Shown here piece after piece: positions 1-9,009 of a DNA stretch of 18,422 bases. Under the pieces are notes generated by a model. It had not been told where the DNA came from. It was given only the letters and a program-made list of their open reading frames with translations, and ran no database searches. Numbering within the stretch: the stretch's first letter is position 1; the number at the start of each line of letters is the position of its first letter. This DNA is from Ginkgo biloba (Eukaryota; Plantae; Ginkgophyta): NCBI GenBank assembly GCA_024626585.2, contig JANKJI020000004.1, positions 92,671,823-92,690,244 on the forward strand. The letters run 5' to 3'. The position numbers and the translations under genes are program-made.

Positions 1-314
1 TTATTGCTAATTCTATTTCATGCTTTTAATTATGGAATGATTTAACTAACTAAGTTGGTTTGGGTTAAAGACGGATCTGTTACAAAAATTGGGACTATCT
101 CAAACAATTTTCATAGTTCGTCTTCCATAAGCGATATCTTTTCCATCTAGGCACCATTTTTTGAGTTCAATGTGTCATTTAAAAGGGTAGATGCTCTACT
201 TTTTGGATATATAAAAATGTCCAAGCCCACACATAGCAAATATGCTCAGTTTTAGCTGCAATCAAATTATCCAGTTGGATTGCAGGCTTTATTGTTATTT
301 TTAAACTAAGATCA
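1..314 (-). repeat. Putative 3' LTR (partial, probably continues beyond the window)
   Basis: Starts with TG directly after the PPT and is non-coding. I could not identify a matching 5' LTR in the window. Confidence 0.55.
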
Positions 315-327
315 CCCCCTCTTCCCT
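315..327 (-). promoter_or_regulatory. Polypurine tract preceding a 3' LTR
   Basis: The minus strand reads AGGGAAGAGGGGG immediately followed by TG (314-313), the usual PPT/LTR junction, downstream of the integrase remnant. Confidence 0.7.
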
Positions 328-389
328 AATTCATATGATTGAGACGATTACAGATCAATGGATCATCTTAGGTAGTTATTTTAAAATTG

Positions 390-2720
390 GATTACAATAA
401 TTGATAATCACCTTAGCAACCCATGTAACACATGAATTTTCTTTTGGAAGATTTTTGTTGTTTGATGGCCCTTATAAGTGGGGTCTGTTTTGCAATAGAG
501 TGAGCATATTTGGTTAACCGATCCACTATGATAAAAGTGCAANNNNNNNNNNNNNNNNNNNNNNNNNNNNNNNNNNNNNNNNNNNNNNNNNNNNNNNNNN
601 NNNNNNNNNNNNGATAATGGTTCTAACATGTGCAGAGTTAGGCTACTCTCACACGTATTGACTTGGCAACCTTTGCATTCTAAAACATACTTCTATATTT
701 TTGAAATCATTCTCTTTCAAATCAAGATTGGTTTCTATATTCTCTACCTCATAGCTTGGCAGAATATAGGTGTGGCATGTCCCTTTTGTAAGTATTTGTT
801 TTTGAAATTTTAACTCAAGAATTAGGTGAATTCTTCCTTTGTGCTAGATGGTAACATTTTTCCATTCATACTTATCATGATTTCCTTGTTGAAGTTTTGT
901 AATGAATTAAAAAGGTATAGGGTCTTCAATGTATTCTAGTTGTGTGTTAATGAGCCATACTATTGTACTATTGGACGTCTTTATGTCAATAGGATAAGGT
1001 GTTTATAGCTACAATTGCTTTTCCTCTTTTATACTTAATTACGAAATCAAGTATCTTAAGTTTGTTCACCCATTTTTGTTGCCACAAGGATAATTCACTT
1101 TGTTTCAACAAGTAGTAGAGGTTATTGTGTTTTGGTCTTGATTATGAATTTGCTTCAGAGAAAATATCATCTTCACTCATCCAGGGAATACATCATGGCA
1201 AAGATCTTGGTATTGTATGTAGATATTGATCTTTTACTATTCCTCACTTTGGTATGCAATAGAGTGTCCTTGCATTAACACAACGACAAGTCCAATTCCT
1301 TAAGTATCACATTTGACCATAAATGCCTTGGAGAAATCTAGTTTGNNNNNNNNNNNNNNNNNNNNNNNNNNNNNNNNNNNNNNNNNNNNNNNNNNNNNNN
1401 NNNNNNNNNNNNNNNNNNNNNNNNNNNNNNNNNNNNNNNNNNNNNNNNNNNNNNNNNNNNNNNNNNNNNNNNNNNNNNNNNNNNNNNNNNNNNNNNNNNN
1501 NNNNNNNNNNNNNNNNNNNNNNNNNNNNNNNNNNNNNNNNNNNNNNNNNNNNNNNNNNNNNNNNNNNNNNNNNNNNNNNNNNNNNNNNNNNNNNNNNNNN
1601 NNNNNNNNNNNNNNNNNNNNNNNNNNNNNNNNNNNNNNNNNNNNNNNNNNNNNNNNNNNNNNNNNNNNNNNNNNNNNNNNNNNNNNNNNNNNNNNNNNNN
1701 NNNNNNNNNNNNNNNNNNNNNNNNNNNNNNNNNNNNNNNNNNNNNNNNNNNNNNNNNNNNNNNNNNNNNNNNNNNNNNNNNNNNNNNNNNNNNNNNNNNN
1801 NNNNNNNNNNNNNNNNNNNNNNNNNNNNNNNNNNNNNNNNNNNNNNNNNNNNNNNNNNNNNNNNNNNNNNNNNNNNNNNNNNNNNNNNNNNNNNNNNNNN
1901 NNNNNNNNNNNNNNNNNNNNNNNNNNNNNNNNNNNNNNNNNNNNNNNNNNNNNNNNNNNNNNNNNNNNNNNNNNNNNNNNNNNNNNNNNNNNNNNNNNNN
2001 NNNNNNNNNNNNNNNNNNNNNNNNNNNNNNNNNNNNNNNNNNNNNNNNNNNNNNAATTCATTTTTGATGGGGATGTAGATATGATCTGATTGTAATTGGT
2101 ATTGCCCCTTCTTTTAATTCGATAATGTGTTCCTTGCCATGGTTAAGTGGTAGTACCACTATTTTTGTTTAGAACAAGCATTGGTATTTCCTAAAACACC
2201 TCCTCATATTTGTTAATGATTTCTTATAGTTAGCTATTTTGGGGTTATTTGTAATCACCTCATCATGTAATGAAAAGAGTTGAGCTATGTTCTTACTATG
2301 TTTTTTTTCCTTAAGGTTTTGAACTTTTGTTGAAATGATACCATTTGTGAGTCAGGTGATGTGTGTCATTCTAAGGTGATTGTCTTGTTGTTGACTCAAC
2401 ATCTCAATGAACATTTCTTATAATTTTGTCTCAGAGGTTCTCAACCATTGATATCCCACGATTAGATCTTTAACTCTTGTGCGTAAGATGAAAAAATGGC
2501 TCTTAAGATATAATCTCCAAAGTTGACCTTGGGATTCTTGAATGTCTTAATANNNNNNNNNNNNNNNNNNNNNNNNNNNNNNNNNNNAATGATGGTGTCT
2601 TGGTTGGCTGCATCTTAAGCTTAGTGACTATATGCTAGTTGATAAAATTACAGGTACTACTCGTGTCAACTAATACTATGATCTTTTCATTCTTGATGAG
2701 GCCATGTAGTTTAACGGTTT
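390..2720 (-). pseudogene. Retrotransposon pol remnant (aspartic protease, RT hidden in N, RNase H, truncated integrase)
   Basis: Protease D-T-S-S-T (degenerate DTGST), RNase H CDT (degenerate CDAS) and integrase VDRLTKYAH are present in PR-RT-RH-INT order. Confidence 0.85.
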
Positions 2721-2799
2721 TGGGACTAGTTTTCCTTAATAACATTGAGAGTGACGTCACCAGAATTGTCTCTGAATCTTGCTCCTTTCTTATTTGATA

Positions 2800-3880
2800 G
2801 CATTGATGGTCTCTACATTTATATCTTCTTCCTCTCTTGCTAGTAGAATTGACTACATTCATTGTTGCTTGCATATATGTCACGTGCTTACTTTTTTTCT
2901 ATACCAGTAACATGTTCCATGTTTTCAAAGTACTACAAGTTCTTACATTGTCATTCTTTGGTATTCCATCTTATTTGTCCTTTTGATTAACTGTTGTATT
3001 TATGGTTATCAAAAATGGATTTATTTATGCTATTATGTGGAGGATACTTGGCCATGGGTGGAATGTAACGATCATGTTTCTCTTCTTCTCCCTTGGCATT
3101 CAATGTTTTTGCTAGATTGGTAGTCAAAGTTAGATCTTTGGGTTTGACCTAAACATTTGCTCTTATTTGTATTTCTGTAATCCTTCGATGAATTGCTCAA
3201 CATCTCAATGTTATGGAATGTTTTGTATTCTATATGAATGCTTTTGGAATGTATTGATAGAGTCTTCTAACAATCCTATTTGTTTTAAACTTTTGAGTTG
3301 TGCCATATAATTATGATTCCAAATCTCTTCGAAATTGATGGCTTATGTTAAATTCTTATGTGATTGGATTATCATTTTCTTCCTTCTGCTCATATGCCCA
3401 CATATCCAGTCGTAGGTTGTCTCCGATATGTGAAGTAGCACAAAGTGTCTTCACCTTGTCTTCTATTGTTGGTTTCAATTGAAACATAATCGTAATTTTT
3501 GTAGCCATGTGTTGATAGGAAGGTGTTTATATCCATTTATGTCCACATTCTTCATTGGTTGACGTTATTATGAATTGCTAAGAAGCAATCTTACATATTC
3601 GTCCTTCATATTGTCCTTGTTTGCCTCTATGCTTAAATGATCCCATTTTTGTAAATATTTTTTGTAACGTTTAAATTTGTTCCCTTCAATCGACTTCTTT
3701 TTTGCTAAAATGGGTTGCTAATAGATCCATTACTGTNNNNNNNNNNNNNNNNNNNNNCAAGTACAATTTTCTATCATTGTTTTCATAGCTTGATACAAGG
3801 GTTTGAGAGTGCTCATGATAGCTTCTTTCATGTTGTTTTTATCCATCTTCTACTAGTTGGACTTCACTTGACATGATAAT
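2800..3880 (-). pseudogene. Retrotransposon gag remnant
   Basis: Retrotrans_gag-like motifs (WLQKL, LKQxGxxExxxxxF, FIEGL) are interrupted by stops. Boundaries are approximate. Confidence 0.7.
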
Positions 3881-4678
3881 AGGGAGCCACACAAATTTTT
3901 CAAGGAGCTAGGCCTCAAGCCTTTACTATAGGTGTGAAAATAGAATGAACTATAACTAACCAAAAAGGGTCAATGTCAATAGTTTATTGCTCTAAGATCT
4001 CAACTAACTGTATTAATGCTCGTTGGATTGGACATAATTCATGTATAGATGATGATTCTAAATGTTTAGATGTCATGTGAATTCAACTTCCTCCCAAGCC
4101 TCTCATCGGACAAGTCTAAGCGATGTGAGAGGCTTTGCCTTGTCATGTATTTCCTTTTTGGAGTGAATCACCGAAAGTGTTAGAATGACTACTTTTGGTG
4201 ATGAACCATCATTTCCAGCAACTCCTAGTTCTCAAGATGATGAGCAAGGTGTATTGGTAATTATATTGGATATCAAAATCTATGTTTGATAGCAGAATTG
4301 TGTGTATTGATTTGCTTAGAGGCATGTTGAGATGATTAAGTTTTTTAATTTAGGTTTGTTTCTTAACCCCACATAACAACTCTCAAGTATATAATGGATC
4401 AAGGACAAATGTTCAAATTATATTGGTAGTTTGTTTGTAACCGTTTACATGTCGATATCATTGAGAATGCTTAGTGAAATGACATTGGAATCCTTCTTAT
4501 TTTGATTGTTTATGGTGATTGACTTCACGATTTACTAGTTAACATTGTTTTTACCTTTGTGTTAGCATGTTCTTATTTAGTTCCAAATCTGGGCAAAACA
4601 ACTAAAGACAAGGTTCCAAAAGTTGTGTATTTTCTTGGCTAAATCCATCAATGGAATGTTCCATAGTCCAAGTTCAGG

Positions 4679-4690
4679 GCTCTTATACCA
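4679..4690 (-). promoter_or_regulatory. tRNA-iMet primer binding site
   Basis: The minus strand reads ...GATGACA-AG-TGGTATAAGAGC, 11/12 to TGGTATCAGAGC, 2 nt after an LTR-type CA end. Confidence 0.75.
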
Positions 4691-4692
4691 CT

Positions 4693-4944
4693 TGTCATCC
4701 TACAAGGCCATGATAGAAATCACTATACAAATTATTTAGAAATGAGAGATGAAGCCACACTCCCATAGTGAAAATAGTTAGAAGACCAACATTATTGATA
4801 AAAGGACAATATTTACATAGAATTGCTAGTGGGTATAAATACCAACATTATTTCCTAAAGGGTTTCATATACGAACATGCTTGTCCTTAAATATTAAGTA
4901 TTTAATTACGCATACCCAACTCAAAATTTTATTTATTGTTAACA
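4693..4944 (-). repeat. Putative short 5' LTR adjoining the PBS at 4679-4690
   Basis: The CA end lies next to the PBS. A possible TG start (TGTTAACA) is at 4944, but this outer boundary is a guess. Confidence 0.45.
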
Positions 4945-4989
4945 AGGTTCATATCAACTCTAATTCCCACTATTTGGACTTCTAGAGTT

Positions 4990-6200
4990 TTAGTATCTAC
5001 TTATGTCCAAGAATTGCACCATTAAAATTGGCTTGTTGGTGCAAAGACATCCGTGAAATTCAACGCAAGCATGGTAGATGAAGCTATTCCAATGTGCATA
5101 CATTTGCTCAATTTCTTTGGTGCTAGAACTCACTTGTAGCAATTTAACACCCAATATTAACATCGTATCTAGATGGTGTTTATTAATTTCTATGTGTCTC
5201 CTTTGGTCTTGTTTGTTGTGATTGTTCTCTTTCTTATAACAATTGCAAGGTGAGGCCTTCAAAGAATATTCGAACTCATTATGGGAACCATCATCAAGAA
5301 TCTTTGACTTCCTTGTTCTCATATAGTCTCTCTTCAATGAACCCCATCACCATGTCTCCTCTAGTTATTGCACAAAATATTCTTAGCCCACCCTCTACTA
5401 GCACCAAGACAATTCTCTTTCTTCATCGTTGGATTCACCTACAAAATGTGGCGGAAGTGGAATTTCCATTATGCCATCATCTCTCCTTTAGGATGTTTAA
5501 ACCTTGGTTCTTATCTTTGATGTTTGTTGTCTTAGCTTGATCTTGGTTGTTGACACCACTCAAGATTGGAAAACACCATGGTAATTTTAGATTGGCAGAA
5601 ACACTCTGTGTACAATTCCTAGAGTTGCGGATCTAGAGTAATATTGAGATTAGAGAATGGATCATGTTCACTATGACATTCACCAGATCATTATGTGCAA
5701 AAGATCAAGAGACAACCAATGCACATAAATAGAATGTATCATTATGAGGCCATGGGGCTACATCAATATATGCCAAGGCCTTGTTTAATGATAATCACAA
5801 TGTTGATGCCAAAATAGTTTTAAAGGGGGTCCTTTTTAGGAGTGAACCCTATTCATACAATGATGTTGATGACTTATGTTTGTATCTAATCATTGATGTC
5901 TTCATTACTTTCAATCATAATATTTATAAGACACCATAGACCCAATAATAGAATAAGGTAGAATTTATCAGGAGTTAGGGTCTTAGAGGTTGGTGTCAGG
6001 AAGTTATGAAAACCACAAACCTACCAAGAATATTAAATAGATTTTATCGAGGATCAGGGTTCTTAAAGAGGGGTGCCTCCTTCTAAACTCTTGATTCCAT
6101 AGACTAGATCAATTGATAAATAGGAATAAGTCCCAAGAAATACATTAATTCAAATGATTGATGGAGTAGACCTAGTAGAGATGAATGGAGATATTTTTAA
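4990..6200 (-). mobile_element. Highly decayed LTR-retroelement fragment (gag-like ~5000-5560, LTR-like ~5620-6200)
   Basis: Purine-rich minus strand with a gag-like MEIPLPPHFVGE...W...EYF stretch, and a U5-like GATGTAGCCCCATGG motif near 5745-5765. Weak support only. Confidence 0.35.
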
Positions 6201-6304
6201 AAGCAAANNNNNNNNNNNNNNNNNNNNNNNNNNNNNNNNNNNNNNNNNNNNNNNNNNNNNNNNNNNNNNNNNNNNNNNNNNNNNNNNNNNNNNNNNNNNN
6301 NNNT

Positions 6305-7174
6305 AATGATAGGAGAATATGAACATGAAATTGGGCATAAAAGACCTTAGAGAGCCATAATAGGCTGTTGTAAGTAATTCATGTTGGTATCCATTGAGGC
6401 AATGAATATATAGATAATGGAATAATTAAATCCATATTTGAATGTTGTAGCTAGTCATTGCTAGCCATGGGAGCTCTAGTATAAAGAGTCCAGAAGTTGA
6501 TGAAGAAAGGGGGATTGATTTGTGAGGAATAGGTGATCGATTGGCAAATTCAGAGAGACAGGATTCAGTTGAATGTTCAAGGAAAGGGTTGGTTGGCTCG
6601 TTCGTTGGACACATAATTGTCAAGTTGAATAACGAAAGGCTTGGAAGGGAGCCTAGGAGATGAAGAGATGGAGTTCATAATTTTGAAAGAAGGCATTATG
6701 AGTACTAGTGAGCCATAAAGTGTAGCAACTAAGGCCAAGGTCCTATATTACTGGTAACTCTGCGTACCATATGAATTGAGCATGAATCGTATTAACCTCC
6801 ATTAGTGAGGAAGAAGTCACAGAGGCCCCTTGTAATTGAATTGAATGAAAAATTAGTGATTACCATAATATACCTAGAGTTGTATTCCCCATGAGGGTTT
6901 CTCTAGTTAAAGAGTGTTATGTACTATGTTCTCCATGAGTGTGTTTTTGTAGTGTTCTTCTATTATTTTTCTCCTTATGAATGACAAAATTATGGTTTGA
7001 TTGGCAATTCATCTTTGATTGCATATTGCAATGAAGATCCTATGGGTGAGCTCGTGCATGGAGCTTGCACCAACATTTTCGATGTGTTTATTTTAAAAGA
7101 TCCTAGAAGTGGGCAGGCGTTGGTGACTATGGAGTAACCATGGAAGTCGTTGCTTGCGTCCCATCCCTGCGTCA
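6305..7174 (+). repeat. Putative 5' LTR ending in CA before a PBS
   Basis: Ends ...CCCTGCGTCA (CA at 7173-7174), 2 nt before the PBS. It has a TATA-like GTATAAAG at ~6479 and a T/G-rich U5-like segment. The left boundary is uncertain because of the N run. Confidence 0.55.
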
Positions 7175-7176
7175 GC

Positions 7177-7190
7177 TGGTATCAAAGCCA
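7177..7190 (+). promoter_or_regulatory. tRNA-iMet primer binding site
   Basis: TGGTATCAAAGCCA, 13/14 to TGGTATCAGAGCCA. Confidence 0.85.
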
Positions 7191-7249
7191 TGGACTTACC
7201 AGAGCCAAGGAANNNNNNNNNNNNNNGGAAAGATGCCTGACACTGTCAG

Positions 7250-7261
7250 TAGTATCAAAGC
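7250..7261 (+). promoter_or_regulatory. Second, degenerate tRNA-iMet primer binding site followed by a gag-like start
   Basis: TGTCA-G-TAGTATCAAAGC-ATGGTG: a CA end, then a 10/12 PBS match, then an ATG and purine-rich sequence up to the N run at 7454. Confidence 0.55.
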
Positions 7262-7685
7262 ATGGTGATGAAGATTATTGAGTAGTGCTCAAGCTGCTAG
7301 TGCAAAAATCAAAAGAGCAAAAAGTAGATTCTGCCTAGGAGACATGGTCCCATTCTTCAAAGGATAGAGAATTTATTTTGAAGGGTTGAAGATATCGATA
7401 ATGAGGTTGAAATATTGAGAAATACTTTTCAAGAGTAGAGACCTACACCACCTNNNNNNNNNNNNNNNNNNNNNNNNNNNNNNNNNNNNNNNNNNNNNNN
7501 NNNNNNNNNNNNNNNNNNNNNNNNNNNNNNNNNNNNNNNNNNNNNNNNNNNNNTTCTATTTAGTTCTACTTTTTCAATTATTTGTAGTTATAGAGTAGGC
7601 ATCAATTATGTTAGGTTCTTTTCAAGTTATCAATACCAGGTAATCAATTGCAACAATGATTTCTTATACAGTGTTCAACTTGTAG

Positions 7686-7801
7686 GCAGTTGCTTGTTTG
7701 GAGGGAGATGGCTGCAGAATACGATCTGGAATTACAATGACAGAGGAGGAGGAATGTTCATCTCTTGATACTTCTGTTGCATGTGACTCATGTGATATAT
7801 G
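7686..7801 (+). CDS. Internal coding exon (116 nt, phase 0 to phase 2) of an At4g10930-like RING/PHD zinc-finger protein; N-terminal half of the PHD finger
   Basis: Seen: acceptor ttcaacttgtAG (AG at 7684-7685), an open frame AVACLEGDGCRIRSGITMTEEEECSSLDTSVACDSCDI plus TG, and a donor GTTGGA at 7802. The frame has no stops, unlike the surrounding decayed DNA. Family assignment is from recalled similarity to the plant motif AVxCLDGDGCKIR...LDTSIACDSCDIW and needs BLAST confirmation. Confidence 0.92.
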
Positions 7802-8107
7802 GTTGGAAACTATCCCTTGGTCCCTTGGATAAAGGAAAATTGTAAGGATCAAGGAAAATTGTAGGGCTAATTATGAAGAGTAAACATTTTGTAGTATATG
7901 TTCTCTTTTGGTTTGTTTCTCATGGAACTTAAATTTTTTTATCCCAATTAATCAATCTCCAATAACCAATTTAGGTAGTTCCAGGCATTCAACATATTCT
8001 ATACTTGCTTTGTCTATGTTCACGTGTATGTTCTTTTTGTATTTTTCTTTTAATTAGGGCTTGAAATATTCTGCATATATTTTGAAGTGTGTGAACATTG
8101 TGTGCAG
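7802..8107 (+). other. GT-AG spliceosomal intron (306 nt, phase 2) between the two PHD exons
   Basis: GT at 7802 and AG at 8106-8107, with a T-rich body. Splicing restores the CDIW-YH junction in frame. Confidence 0.9.
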
Positions 8108-8173
8108 GTATCATGCTGTATGTGTTGGATTTGATCCAGAAAATACAATTGATGGATCCTGGCTATGTCCAAG
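8108..8173 (+). CDS. Internal coding exon (66 nt, phase 2 to phase 2) of the same gene; C-terminal half of the PHD finger
   Basis: Seen: acceptor ttgtgtgcAG (AG at 8106-8107). The first G completes TG|G = Trp with the previous exon. Translation is (W)YHAVCVGFDPENTIDGSWLCP plus AG, followed by donor GTAAAA at 8174. HxxC and WxCP(R) are canonical PHD motifs. Confidence 0.93.
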
Positions 8174-8440
8174 GTAAAAGCAAAAAATGAGGAAATTTTG
8201 GTGTGGTCTATTTTGTTTACTTAACTTTTGGCATCTCGTCGATCTCTTTATGAAATGTATTGAGTGAGGACATTTTCTGAGCCAACCGCTTATAATAATT
8301 GATTGTTATGTATAATTTTCTTTACTTTTGGTCAAACTTGGTCTTTTCCTTTTTATTGATATTAATTCATAAATGTTTCAATAATTAGTTTGCAATAGAG
8401 TAATTAAATGAACATAGTCAATTATTATCTTATAGGAAAT

Positions 8441-8476
8441 GTCATGCCCCACAAATGGGCATGACTATATCCTTGT
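8441..8476 (+). repeat. Perfect 9-bp GC-rich hairpin followed by CTTG|T, resembling a Helitron 3' terminus
   Basis: GTCATGCCC-cacaaat-GGGCATGAC (8441-8465), then 6 nt, then CTTG (8472-8475) and T. The hairpin is directly seen; the Helitron call is inference. Confidence 0.4.
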
Positions 8477-9009
8477 CTTGACATTTAACATCTAAAACCT
8501 TTGTATTGAGAAGAAATTATTTGTAAACACATTTAATTGAGGAGAACCACCGAAACAATCGCATGTCTCTCTTGGAATACTACCATTGCCTCCTTATTTA
8601 GCTTCACAATAATATGTTTTTTGATGTGACTTGGAGGCAACTATCAAATCTTTTTTTGTAGCCACAATAGTTAATGAGGCTTCTCTTGATGTGGTCACGT
8701 GGTCATCTTTTGGACATAGTATTGGACAAATTGGAAAAATTGAACACGAAGATGATGTTAGCAAAGGAGGACACTCCAATTCACTCCATATTAGCTATTG
8801 CATATGAGGTTGACATTAACTTGACAACTAGGGATGATATGGAGGATGAGGATGCAAATGATGATCAAGAAGCAGTTGGAGATAATGATTCAGAATCTTC
8901 ATAGAAAATCTTCTGCCCAAAGTACTCGTCCCTCATGGCTTTGATGATGCAACATATAAAAGGTTGATCGCCACAACTTTAGGACAACCTATTGAAATAT
9001 TTGATGGCG

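Larger units (their letters stand above)
1..3880 (-). mobile_element. Degenerate Ty3/gypsy LTR retrotransposon (gag-PR-RT-RH-INT, PPT and start of 3' LTR), antisense to the host gene
   Basis: Minus-strand motifs occur in gypsy order: gag (TWLQKL; AQLKSLKQIGLLEDSINTF ~3245-3305; FIEGL ~3178-3192), protease (IIVLVDTSSTCNFI ~2640-2680; DLIVGYQWLRT ~2440-2470), the RT position covered by N 1346-2054, RNase H (DFSKAFMVKCDT ~1303-1340; QQKWVNKL ~1060-1083) and integrase (VDRLTKYAH 500-526; IHVLHGL ~415-437). There are many stops and frameshifts. Confidence 0.9.

Noticed and set aside
1300-2089. Long ORFs of about 250 aa on both strands
   Set aside because: They are artefacts of translating through N runs.
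7664-7852. 62-aa minus-strand ORF
   Set aside because: It is the antisense shadow of the real + strand PHD exon.
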